Assembly (NCBI GenBank): GCA_002104945.1
Contig: MCFH01000095.1
Coordinates: 1-64,000 of the forward strand
Reading direction: 5' to 3'
Length of the DNA: 64,000 nucleotides
From: Piromyces finnis finn
Lineage: Eukaryota; Fungi; Neocallimastigomycota
Numbering within the stretch: position 1 is the first letter of the stretch; each line of letters opens with the position of its first letter. Below, piece by piece: positions 1-13,180 of the stretch. Under the pieces are notes generated by a model. The model worked only from the letters and a program-made list of their open reading frames with translations, had not been told where the DNA came from and did no database searches. Made by a program: the position numbers and the translations under genes.

Positions 1-3000
1 CTACTACTACTACTGACACTATGATGTCTTTTTCTACTTTGAATAGATTTATGTTTATGCTTACTCTTTCTTTTTGAATGAGAATGCTTTTTACGACTAT
101 GATGTTTTTTTACTTTTTTATTTTTAATAGTATTATTGTCTTCCTCAGAGCCACTTGAAGAAGAATCATAGGAATTGGTATCAGAATGATTGGAATCCGA
201 TGAAGAATCCGATGATAAAACATCAGAGGAGGAAGAAGAAGAAGAAGAAGAATGATGATGCTTCTTCTTTGATTTTTTTTTAATATTTTTTATTTTATGC
301 TTAGGCGGTTGAACCGACATTTCATTTTTATGAGATTTTTTCCTCTTTTTGTTTTGGTGTCTTTCCTTCTTCTCCGCCGATTTTCTTTTAAACGCTTCAT
401 CGATCGAAGCATTAGATTCTTGTAAAGTTGTCGTTGAATCATTAGAATAATCCGAACGATCCAAGTTTTCTAAATCCTTTAAACCTTCCGGAGGTTTTGA
501 AGATGTATTTGTTGAACTTAATTTATTGAATTTGGTTATAGGATTTAATTTATCAGAAGAATCAGATTTAGATTCATCATTTGAATCCTTTTTTTCTTTT
601 CTTTTCTCCTTTTTCTTAGGTTGGGATGATTCATTATTATTAGTTGTCGTCGTTGTCGTCAAAGAAGAAGAAGAGGAGGAAACCAAAGACGTGGTATTTC
701 GACTTAAAAATTCGTTTAAATGATCATCATTTTTCTTTTCATCAAGACCAATTTTATAAATGGCGTGTGGAACAGCTTTACATGAAAAAACTTGATTTTC
801 AATAGTAATAGAAGTTAATCGATCAACCTTTTTTACCATATTTTCTTTACACTTAAGTTCCAAGAAGATATTCCTATTAAAAAAAAAAAAATATGTATAT
901 ATATATGGATAAAAAAATATGTATTTAAGTGAATTAATAGATAGATTTGAAAATTAAATTATTATTTAATATGATGAATGATGATTAAGTATTATTGATG
1001 ATAGGACTATAACTTAGTAAATGATTCCTTTTTTTTTAAAAAATAATAATAATAATAATAATAATAAGAGATTCATACACCACACCACTTACCATTTTTC
1101 TTTATTATTTAAACATTGGAAATAGTTAAAATAAGAAATTTCCCCATAATCATTAAATTTGGTTTCAATGTATGGAAAGATAACAAGATCAACCAATGGA
1201 ATACATATATATTTTACTAATTCATTATCTTGATCATCATCTTCTTCTTCCTTACCATCCATTCCTACCTCTTTCTCTTCTTCATCCTTTTCTATTTCAT
1301 CATGTTTACGCTTGTGACCTTGTTTTGGGTTTGTCGTAGTATCTGAATCATAATGGTCACTAGAGATGTCAATTGTAGAATCATTTGTATTTATTTCTGG
1401 TATCATTGATAATTCTTTTGGTGAATCATCATTATTGGTTGTGGTGGTATCAACACTATGAGCATCATTTTCATTGGTGTGATTTTTATTCTTGAAAAAC
1501 TTTTCTTTACTTAAATTGAGGAAAGATATCAAATTATATTTTCTTTTATTGAAATAAATTCTAGAGTAACGATTTACGGTACGAGGTTTACAAGGTTTAC
1601 TAAAGAAACTGATTTCTTTAATACCTTTAACAGCATTTCTTGCTTCTTTTTCATTTGAATATTCAACAGTAATGTGACTGCAAATATATATTATATAATA
1701 TATATAGTAATAATAATAATGTTAATATATATAGGAAATTGTAAAAAAAAAAAAAAATTAAGAATATGGTCATCATTAAACACGAAATTTTTTTTTTTTT
1801 TTTTCATTATTATTAGGAAAAGATATTTACACTTTGGTATCATAAATAAGTATGATGTCTTCGACTGTACCATAAACTTGAAATATTTTTTGAAGTTCCT
1901 CTTTAGTTACATCTAATTTTGAAGATGATAAATAAACAGCAATATCTTTGGAATACTTTTTTCGTTGATCTTTTTATTGATTATTGGGGGGGGGAAATAT
2001 AGTTAGATAGGTGTAAATAAAGAGAAGAATTTGAATAGTTAGATAGTTAAATAGAGAGGGTAGATAAATTAAAATGAATTAATATAATTTTCAAATAAAA
2101 TATTTATAATAATAAAATAAATTGAAATATTTTTATTTTCTTTTTTTTTTTTTTCATTTTATTTTTTCCTATTACACTATGATACTTACCATCTATTGAT
2201 TCTTCGGTAGGACTTGAAGATTTCTTTTTATTATTTTGATCTACTATTTCCGTTGCTGTTTCCGTTACTGTTTCTGTTGTTGTTGTTGTTGTTGCTAAAT
2301 CTAATTTGGCTTTTGATTTGGGTTCATTTTCAAGATTTGTATTCAATTCGGTTTCTGAATCAGATTCTGAACTGTAGGATTCTGAATCAGAATCATCAGA
2401 ATCATCAGAATCAGAACTAGATGAATCGGTATCTGAATCGGTATCTGAATCGGAACTTGATGAGTCTGAATCAGAAGATGAAGATGAACTTGATGTGTCA
2501 GATTTAGAACTGGATGATACATCTGATTTAGTAGACTTGTTTTTAGTTTTTATGGGTTGCTTTAATTTTGACGTTGAACTCGTAGTAGTAGATTCTGACA
2601 GTATGGGTGTTGATTTTAATTCTATTTTAGATTCTTCTTCAGTTTCCGGTTCTGGTGCTGTATCGGTCTTTGGTGTTGTTTTTATTTCCGGTTCTATTTC
2701 CGGTAATTTTGATTCCAATTCTATTTCTATGATTGATTCTGCTTCTATTTTGGAAGGGGTTGGTTTTATCTCTTCTTTTGAATCTGTTTTTATTTGTAAA
2801 TTGGATTCAGAATCTGTTTCGTCAATTACTACTTCATCTTCTTCGTCTTCTTCTTCTTTTTCCCCTCCTTCTTTTGATTTTGATTTATTCATAAAATCAT
2901 ATTCAGAATCTGAATCTAATAATGGTTTTAGCTCTTCTTTTAACTGATTTTCACTTGCTGCTTTTTTTTCATCATTTATACTAATAATTTCATCTGTATC

Positions 3001-5548
3001 CTTTGGTGAAAGGGATACTGGATCTATTTCTATGTCCATATCTTGATCATATAATGACACTTCTTCTTCTTTTGTAGAATCTTCGGAGATGATGCTGATA
3101 TGGAGTTCAGATTCGTTCTTTTCTGATTTATCTCTATCTTTTACGCTATTCTTTCCTTTAATTTCTTTTAATATTTGTGCTCTTCCAGGTAACAATAAAA
3201 ATTGATCAATGTCATCATCAATCGTACCATCTTGTGAAGAAAAGGAGGGTATATGTATTAATTCTAAATTTTTATCAGAAGGACGGTTATTTTGGGGGGT
3301 GTTTTTGGATAACTCTTCATTTGTTTCGGTTATTTCTATTTTTTTATCCTTTTTATTATGATTTTTCTTTGATGTCTCATCTTTCATTGTATCAATGTTT
3401 ACATTTTCCTCTTCTTCTTTTTCTTCTTCTTCTTTAGTATCGCTAATAATTGAATAAGTATCATCATGGGCATCGTCATCAACCTCTTCTTCCTTTTCAT
3501 TTTCAAAACTACTATGATTATCCCAAGAGTAGATGATTTTTTTTTGTTTTACCTCTTCATCATTTTCACTATCATATGTCTCAACAATAAATTTTCTTTT
3601 GGAATGAAGATCTAAACCTACTCTTGTATCTTCTTCTGCAATATCCGATTCAGACAATATTCCGTTATTAAAATCAATTCCATCTTTATTTATACGTTTT
3701 GACTTTTTGTTTATTGGTTGGTTTTTATTATTTTTTTCTTTTCTTAGATGTAATCGTATATCATTAATTAAATCTAAACTATTTTTCACTTTCGGTAATG
3801 TATCCTTTTCCTTTGCTTTATTTATTGTCACTGTATTGGAAGAATTTGAGGTTTCAATGGATTGAGCTACTACCTCAGTATCCTCTTTTTTTTTTTGTTG
3901 ATCAGATATTTTATTATCTTTCATTGGTTCTATTGATTCTGTAAGGTTTAATGAATTTTTTGATTTTTTTGGCTTTTTTGGTTCTTTTGGTTCTAATGAT
4001 TTTGTTGATTCTGTTGGTTCTTTTGGTTCTAATGATTTTGTTAATTTTGTTAATTCTATTCGTTCTATTAATTCAGCTGGTTCTTTTGGTTCTATTAATT
4101 TTGTTGGTTCTGTTGGTTCTATTCGTTCTATTAATTCTGTTAGTTCTGTTAGTTCTGTTGGTTCTGTTGGTTCTGATACTATTTCATTTGAATTTTCAGT
4201 CTCTATAAGGATTACATTACTTTTTTTTTTTGAGGATGCATCTTCTTTTATTTCCTCTTTATTGCTGATACTATCATTTTCTATTTCGTTATTGGTATTG
4301 GAGGAAGATTTTTTGTTAATGTGGTTGTGTTGATTATTATGAATATTATTTGATACTTTTTCAATATAAGATGATATTCTCATAGAGTCAGAGGATATAT
4401 TTTTACTATTAATTTTGGTTGGTCCCCCCCTACCAAAATTTATATTTTCTTCTGGAGTATCATTATCAAAAATACTATTTTCACTATCATTATAGGATAA
4501 ACTATCCCAATTTTTTAAAATATTGCGAAGTTCCTTATCTGATACTAATTCTTGTGGGTCTTCCTCAAGCTTATTAACATTTGAATTACTACTATTAATA
4601 TTGTTGGTGTCATCTTCCGATTTTGAATCTGGTATTTGAAATGTAGTAGAATCGATTGAAACATTTTCTTTATTTTCTTTTAAATCATTTACATTTTTAT
4701 TTTCGGGTGAACTCTTGATGGAATTTTCATTTACTTTACTATCAGGTGACCTTACAATTGAATTAGCTATTGTATTATTATTATCATTGTTATCATTGGT
4801 GCTGTTGGTGATGGTGGTTGTTTCATCATTGTTATCGTTGGTGTTGGTATTGTCCTCATTGCTTTTATTAATATCTAAAGAAGGGAGAGTTGTAATAATA
4901 TTTTGGTGGTTTAAATCTGATTTTAAATTGGAATTATTCTGTATTATTTCTGTTTTTAATTGTTCTTCTTTAAGGTTTAAAGATTCTGTTTTTTTTTTCA
5001 ATTCAAGAGTAGTATTATCTAAAGGGGTAAAAGTATAATTATTATTTTTAATTTTAACTCGTTTATTTTGTTCAACATTTAATACAGTTAAAGGTTTATT
5101 AACTCTAGCATTTTTATTATTTTTTTTTACCTTTTAATTCCTTGGGGTTTAAATTATTATTTTTTTGGTTGTTGGTACTTCCTATTTTTACATTATCTTT
5201 TTCTTTTTTATCTGATTCATTATCACTACTATTTTTATCATTCACTGTTGGTATTGAAGAACCATTATCTGTAGTATTTTGCTTAGTTATATCTGAAGAA
5301 GTATCAGCAGTATCACTCAATACAATTCTTTTAACCCTGTCATCAATAAATATTTCTATTGAATTTAAATATGGATTATGGTATATATAATCGACAAGAG
5401 GTTCAGTATTATTTTCAATATTACCGTCTTTATTATTATTATCAATATTAGAAATATTGTTTAAATTAGTATCTATCTCATTATTCATTTTATTATTAAT
5501 ATTATAGTTTTTGATAAAAGGGAATTTTAGCATTGATTCATCTTCCAT
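1..5548 (-). CDS. Large low-complexity (acidic/Ser/Asn-rich) protein with two RRM-like domains and a Lys/His/Ser-rich C-terminus; runs off the window start
   Basis: In-frame GT-AG joins: exons 5548-5131, 5018-2190, 1969-1831, 1677-1093, 873-<1. RRM1 reads IAVYLSSSKLDVTKEELQKIFQVYGTVEDIILIYDTKVHITVEYSNEKEARNAVKGI. A second degenerate RRM reads YICIPLVDLVIFPYIETKFNDYGEISYFNYF...NIFLELKCKENMVKKVDRLTSITIENQVFSCKAV. Confidence 0.75.
3960..4175 (-). repeat. Coding tandem repeat (EPT/ELT/EPKEP units) inside the RRM gene
   Basis: Repeated ttctgttgg / ttcttttgg 9-mers encode EPTEPTELTELTELIERIEPTEPTKLIEPKEP. Confidence 0.8.
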
Positions 5549-6409
5549 CTTTATGGATTCTTATTCTATTAAATTTACATATATTATAAAGTAAAATTTA
5601 ATAATAATAATTTTCAATCATATATAATTATTATTATTATTTTCTACTTTGTTTAATACTATATAATTCAAGGTAATTTTATATTCAATGATAAAAAAAA
5701 AGATTAAAAAACACAATTAAAAAAAAAAATAATAATAATAATAATAATAATTATAATCATAATAATTGATTATTTTTTTATTTTTTATATTTTAATTAAT
5801 AGAAAAAAAATTTTTTTTTTTAATTAATCGTTTTTGGTTAGAAAAAATAAAAATAAAAAAAATTTTTTTTTCAAAGTTTTTTGTTGTTACTGCTGCGATG
5901 TTGCTGTTGCGATGCTTTAATGATAGTGAAAGATTTTTTTTTATTATTATTGCTATTATTAATAAAAACTATTAAAAAAAAGGGCCTAAACAAAGAATAA
6001 AACATCAACTTTAAAGCATTGCACCAATTCAAATTAAATATTTATAATACAACACCTGTTGATTTTCAATTTTGTAAGATGAAAGGGAAGAATTAAAAAG
6101 TATAGAAACATTTAAAGAAAAAAAAAAAAAAAAAAGGAAATAAACACAAAAAATGAATGAGGAATTAATAAAAAAAAAAAAATGATTAGAAAAAATATTC
6201 TTTAAAAGGAAAGTTATAATTTTTAATAAGATACTGTTCTTGTTAAAGTTTTATATTTCATAGACCAGACCATCTTTATATTCATAACCTTTTTTATGAA
6301 ATATAAAATCTTTGGTTTAAATACAATCAATATTTTTTTTCTTATAAAAAAAGGTACAATACTCATTCTTTTTAATAATAAAAAAAATTATATAAATAAT
6401 AATTAGAAT

Positions 6410-6410
6410 G

Positions 6411-6490
<80 letters not shown>

Positions 6491-6548
6491 TAATAATAAT
6501 AATAATTAATAATAATAATAATTAGAATATTAATAATAATAATAATTA

Positions 6549-6612
<64 letters not shown>

Positions 6613-6614
6613 TA

Positions 6615-6657
<43 letters not shown>

Positions 6658-6693
6658 TAGAATAATAATAATTAGAATAATAGTAATAATAAT

Positions 6694-6756
<63 letters not shown>

Positions 6757-6790
6757 TAGAATAATAATAATAATAATAATAATAATAGAA
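6410..6790. repeat. (AAT)n microsatellite with ATTAGA interruptions
   Basis: Seen directly in the sequence. Confidence 0.95.
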
Positions 6791-7669
6791 TATTGATTTA
6801 TATGCTGCATTTATAACAAGTGTCAAGTGTCAATGTCAAGATCTTTACCATTAATAATGAATGTTTTTTTTTTTTTAATTAAAAAAATAGTTTTTAACCT
6901 TTTAAAAAAATATTTTCTTTTTTTTAATTTTTTTCTTTCATTTGACTTTCTTTAACTTCCATTCCCTTTGACTTTCCTTCCTTCTTCTCTTCCCACCTTC
7001 TTCCTTCCACCTTCCCTTTTGACTTTTCCTTTGACTTTATAAATTTTAATTTTTAATGATGGTGCAATTTATTATTAATTAAACTATTATGGTAAAATCT
7101 ATTAGGATAAATTCAAAATAAATATTATTAATACATTTGTAATATATTAGGATAAATTCAAAATATATATTAATAATAAATTTGTAATATATTAGTTTTA
7201 ATAAATTTAATTCTTTTTTAAATTTTATTAAATATTATTTCATTTCTTTTTTCAATTAAGAATAATTAAACCAATTTTATTGGTAATAAAATTGGCATAA
7301 AATTTTTATCGTCAAATTTTTTTAAAAAAAAAAAAAAGGAATAAAAAAAAAAGTTCAATGGTTCAATGGAATGGTAGATCAAATCAAACCATCTAAAAAA
7401 GAAGAAAAAAATTTTTAATTGGAACGAAATTATAAAGAAAAAAAAAAGAAAAATTTTTAACATTTTCAATATCAATTAAACAAAAAACAAAAAAAAACTC
7501 GGTCATTTTCACCTAAAATAAACTCAATTTAAACAATCAAAATTAATGAAAAGAATCATTTTTTTTTAAAAAAAAAAATACGAATTATTTAATTATTGAA
7601 TTATCAATTTATTTTATTAAAAAGTGTAGTTGAAAAAGGAAAGAATACTATTTAATACTTATTTCTATG

Positions 7670-7712
<43 letters not shown>

Positions 7713-8207
7713 GCATTAATAATAATAACAATAACAAACCAAACATTATTTTGTTTTTATTCCACATTTCATTCTTCGATTTGTATATAGCTTCATTTCT
7801 TTTCTTTTTTTTTTATATGAAAAAAGTTTATATTTTAATCATAAATGCAACTAGTATTATTAATAATAATAAACATTAATAACAATAAATATCTATTTTT
7901 TTAAAAATACAAAATAAAATCAAAATTTCTAATTTAAGAAAAAAACCAAAAATTAATTTTATATAATTCTCTTACTTTATAACATATAAAAAAAAAAAAA
8001 GATATATATAATATAATATAATATATAGTAATCACATTTCAAATATTTTTTATTACTAAAAAAAAAGAATGAATTATCAACAATTCTAAATGTACACAAT
8101 TAATATTTAATATTCCTATCAAATACTCGAATATCAAATACTCAAATACCTAAATACTCAAATATCAAATATTTCAATAAATTAATAAATATTAAAGTAA
8201 AAAAAAA

Positions 8208-9959
8208 ATGAAAGTAAAGCAAATATTAAACGCATCGTTATTCCTATCTAGTTATATCTATACCTGTTCAGGGAATTCAGGGAATACATATTATACCAAA
8301 CGACATGATGTTATTGATGATAATAATGAACTCTTTTCACGTGAATGTAAGTATGCTATGACAAGCAATTTATATATGATGAAAAGTTGTTTAGAATATT
8401 TGGAAAGTGATCTTGTAACAGAGGAAGAACTAAGTCATTTATGTGACTCTTTTCAAGATTATTATGCCAAAGATAGTGATAGTGAAGGGGAAGAAGATAA
8501 AGATGATGGTACGAACGAAGAATTAGATGATTTATATTTAGTTGGTGCCACATCCGAAAATCAAACGAAGGAAAATGTACCTATTATGAGTATGTCAAAT
8601 ATAACAGAAGAGGAAGCAGAAGTGTTATACGAAGTTACAAAAGTTATTAATAATATTGACAAAAAGAAAAGTAATACCATTAAAAAAATAAAATATCCCC
8701 AGGATAGAATAAATGATACTAATTTTATGGACTATGAAAAAGAAATTTTAAATACCAATACCTTTTCTCATTCTAGATCGAAAGCATCATCACCCTTTTT
8801 TTTGGATGAAATGGCGGCAGAACCATCAAGTATGAAAGCCTATTCATCACCATTTCATACTATGTGTCACGTCAAGGTGCGTCGTTGGAGAAAAAATTGT
8901 AAGGATGTGTCGAGGATCGCCTCGATTATCAATACCTCCTTAGAAATATTTTATTTCCGTAGGCAAGGATATTGTATTCGTAATCAACAAAATAAATATT
9001 GTACAGTGACAATGAATGAAATTCATCAAAAATCTTTTAATGGTACGGATTCATTAGTAATACCGTTAACTGAACAAGATCGTAATACCACATGTGAATG
9101 TTACCAGAAACATATGACCTATCTTCAAGATGAATATAATAGTAGTATTGATTCATCGACGACGACGCTTCCCCAACAAAAACAAAAATACAAACCCTAC
9201 AGTAAAAATAGTAAAGATGAAAAACAATTACAAAATGATTCAGATTCCTCATCCTCCCATTACACCAAAAGAACATGGAATGAAAATAATCGTTATAAAG
9301 ATACCAAAAAGGAAAATCAAAATAATGACACTAATAAATTGAATGCATCGAATGCTCCATCAAACCCCTCTCTCCATAATAAAATAAGGAATTTTGTACA
9401 AATGTTAATGTATCAATTAACTTCTACCACGGCGGCACTAGGTCTAAATCCACTTCAGCATTACTATCATTATCAATACAGAAATAATATATTCCCATCC
9501 TATCGGGATTTTATATCTCATTCACAAAAAGTCAATAATAATAAGGATGCTAATGCTGATGATGATGAAAAGAATGCCGAAAAGGATGCCGAACAAGGTA
9601 ATTCTAATCAACAAAATTCAGATTTCATGACAGAATTACGTGGATTATTCTTACGAGAATTTCTGCCAGAAAAGGAATATCCACAACAACAACAACAACA
9701 ACAACAACTTCGGTATTATCCACATCAAAAGAGAATGGAAAGTGATGTAAATATCCAGCAACTCGAAAAGCTTATTAATCGATATCATAATGATATGAGT
9801 CAATATATGGATATTTCTACCTGTAATATTACCATTAATGAATTTCATTCAAAAGACGTTTTAAATAACAGTATTCAACATTACCATTACTCTACTTACT
9901 ATCTTTATATTACCCTATCTTTGGTTTTAATTCAAATTCTACAACACTATATATTATAG
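8208..9959 (+). CDS. Intronless secreted, probably GPI-anchored Cys-containing protein of unknown function (583 aa)
   Basis: Signal-peptide-like N-terminus MKVKQILNASLFLSSYIYTCSG; hydrophobic C-terminus YLYITLSLVLIQILQHYIL; central Cys cluster (CHVK..NCK..YCIRN..YCT..CEC). Confidence 0.75.
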   Translation: MKVKQILNASLFLSSYIYTCSGNSGNTYYTKRHDVIDDNNELFSRECKYAMTSNLYMMKSCLEYLESDLVTEEELSHLCDSFQDYYAKDSDSEGEEDKDDGTNEELDDLYLVGATSENQTKENVPIMSMSNITEEEAEVLYEVTKVINNIDKKKSNTIKKIKYPQDRINDTNFMDYEKEILNTNTFSHSRSKASSPFFLDEMAAEPSSMKAYSSPFHTMCHVKVRRWRKNCKDVSRIASIINTSLEIFYFRRQGYCIRNQQNKYCTVTMNEIHQKSFNGTDSLVIPLTEQDRNTTCECYQKHMTYLQDEYNSSIDSSTTTLPQQKQKYKPYSKNSKDEKQLQNDSDSSSSHYTKRTWNENNRYKDTKKENQNNDTNKLNASNAPSNPSLHNKIRNFVQMLMYQLTSTTAALGLNPLQHYYHYQYRNNIFPSYRDFISHSQKVNNNKDANADDDEKNAEKDAEQGNSNQQNSDFMTELRGLFLREFLPEKEYPQQQQQQQQLRYYPHQKRMESDVNIQQLEKLINRYHNDMSQYMDISTCNITINEFHSKDVLNNSIQHYHYSTYYLYITLSLVLIQILQHYIL

Positions 9960-10368
9960 TGAAAGAATTGAAATAAAAAAAAAAAAAAAACACAGTTTTA
10001 AAATTATAATTAAAAAAACAAGTTTTAGTTTTTAATGTATAGATACCATTATTATAGATACTTTATATAAGTTTATTATAATAAAAAAAAATAATATAAT
10101 TCTTACAAATATTCATTATTAGATTTTTCATTTTTAGTGTTACATGATGTGAATCGAATCGTCGGTAGAGTAATGATTGAATTTTTGGATAATAAAATAA
10201 AAAGTAATGGCCTACAGATAAATAGTATAAATAGTTTACAGTTTTTTTTTTTTTTTTTTTTTTTTTTTCTATTTTATTATTTAAAACAAGGAGGAGGAGA
10301 TGGGATAAGTAAAAAAAAAAAAAAATCTTTTTTTATATTACCTTTTTTAAATCAAAATTATATATAAA

Positions 10369-10369
<1 letters not shown>

Positions 10370-10409
<40 letters not shown>

Positions 10410-10470
10410 TTGTATTATTATTATTATTATTATTCTAATTATTATTATTATTATTATCATTATTATTCTA

Positions 10471-10545
<75 letters not shown>

Positions 10546-10547
10546 TT

Positions 10548-10636
<89 letters not shown>

Positions 10637-10700
10637 TTGTATTATTATTATTATTATTATTATTCTAATTATTATTATTATTATTATCATTATTATTCTA

Positions 10701-10734
<34 letters not shown>

Positions 10735-10736
10735 TA

Positions 10737-10795
<59 letters not shown>

Positions 10796-10808
10796 TTTAA
10801 TTATTATT

Positions 10809-10847
<39 letters not shown>

Positions 10848-10850
10848 ACT
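10370..10850. repeat. (TAT)n microsatellite with TCTAAT interruptions, followed by (TGT)n
   Basis: Seen directly in the sequence. Confidence 0.95.
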
Positions 10851-13180
10851 ATTTTTTTTTTAAATAAAAGGACTTTTAAAATATTTACTCTATGATTAAA
10901 AAAAAAAAAAAAGATTGTGTTGTTGATGCCATTTATAATTTAAAAAAAAAAAATTTAAAAAAGATTTTATTGCTGATCAATAAATTTGTAGTTTAGTAAT
11001 AAGAAACTCTATTATTAAAATGAAACATTTCAAGGTTTATGATCTATCTATATTACAACGTATTGCTTTTAAATTCATGTTTTAAAAATATATGAATAAA
11101 TGGTTTTAAAATATAAACTTGAACATTATTATAGTTATTATTTTTATTGATTTATTTATTTATTTATATAAAAAGTCATTTAAAAAAAAAAAAAAAGAGA
11201 GTTTGACGGTTGATTAATTGAAGATGATAAGACCATTTGAATTAGATAATACATTCCTAAAAAAAATCTATTTATTCACTGGATAAAAAAAAAAGAAAAC
11301 ATAAAAAAATATATATATAATTCAACAATAAATAAATAAATAGTTTTGTAAAGTATTTAAATAATAATAATAATAGCTGGTTGGTTGTTTAGCTTATTTT
11401 AAAAATAATACAACTACTAATAAATGCAATCACACTTTTAATATTTTAGGTTTATTTTGATTTTATTTTTTTTTTTATTCTTTAAAAAAAAAGTACTATT
11501 TATTTTTTATATTTAATAAAGTTTGAATTTTAATTTTTATAATAAACTTAATTATCCATTTAATTTATTATTTAATTTATATTTTTTAATATTTAAACTT
11601 TAATAAATATCAATTTAATTTAATTTATCAAGAAATTTAATTAATTATTGTAACACAAAATTATTTATATTAATTAAAAAAAGTTAAAAAAATGAAATTC
11701 TTTCAAATTACTAAATCTTTATCATAACCATAACCATGACATTTCTTCATTTAAAAAAAAAGGTTAATACTAAAACTATATACATAAAAAGGACATCGTA
11801 TGAATAGTATAAATACATCTAAAAAAAAAAAAGAGAACATGAATAAAAGGATTAATGAAAAGAACATCATAGTATGTATAAATCATAAAAGAACCTAATA
11901 CAAATCAATAAAATAATTTTTTTTTATTACTTTATTTTTATATTTATTGAAAAATAAAAGAGTAGATTATAGTCTTTGTTCTATTTCTATTGCCATATTA
12001 TGAATATGAATTGGCTATATATACTAAATATCATTACATTTAAATAGATTATATTTTTCTTTAAAAAAAAATATTTATATTTTCGAATAATTGCTTATTG
12101 AAATTAAAAAGGTTAACCTCTCCTCGATAATCTTTATATAGTTTTCATTTCAGTTTTCTAAATGATTTCTACTTTACTTTTTCATGCCTTTTAATACACA
12201 CTTAACATATTCTTATTGTATTTTGTAAAATATGTTTTAATGAATACCTTTACAAAAAAATATCTTTTTATGAAATTTAGCTTTTTTATGATATTTTTTA
12301 TGGCATAAACTTTTATACCTGTATTAAACTGTATTAATAAATAATTTAGAGTTTTAACTTTTTTTTTTTTTTAATAAACTATCCGGAATATTAATATGAA
12401 TGGTGTTATAATAACTTTATATAGATATATAAAAAAAACTTGAAAAAAAAAAAAGTTATATTTCTATTATTTTTTTATTAGTAGTATTTTAAAATTAAAT
12501 TATCATGCCTTTCTAGTTGATTTTTTTCGGGATTTTTATCAACAAAACTTTTATCTTTAAACCTATAATATTTATTATTTACATCTTTTTATAACATTTT
12601 TCTTTATTATTTAAATTGTATAAGACTTTTTAAATTACTATTTCAACGAATTTTTTTTTTTTTTTTTTTTTATTATTTTTTTTTTTAAAATATAGATACA
12701 AAAATACAAGATTTTTCTAGCTTTATCCATACTTTAAAAAAAAAGTATTAAATCTTTATATAAAAAAAAAAAAAAAAAAAAAAATCAACAAATGATCTAT
12801 ATATACACTATATAAACAATATATATTTATATACATATTTATATATTTATTAATTCTGTCAATAAAAAAAGAGAATTTTTCATGGTCCTATCTTTTAAAA
12901 TAAAAATTAAATTATTTATTCATTTTATATTGGAAATGATGGAAAGTTTTACTTATTTACATTGGATATTAAAATATAATAATATAAAAAAAAAAAAAAA
13001 GAAAAGAAAAGAAAAATAATAGTTGTATTATTATAAGCCTGTTTTTTTTTTTTTTTTGAGGGGGTAAAATATAAAATATATATAGTATATATTATATATA
13101 TTATATATCATAGATATAGAGTATGTTGTTTGTAATAATATTTTACTTTTTTATCATCCTTCTCTTTGACTTTTTTTTTT

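Noticed and set aside
2214-5390. Plus-strand ORFs overlapping the RRM gene, and similar antisense ORFs over pol, the RING gene and the receptors
   Set aside because: They are shadow frames of low-complexity or real coding sequence on the other strand or frame.
6490-6810. Poly-Ile/Tyr/Leu ORFs (also 10410-10895, 38005-38223, 56705-57173 and the tail of 43174-44841)
   Set aside because: They are translations of (AAT)n microsatellites; the MPS1 exon has a GT donor just before its array.
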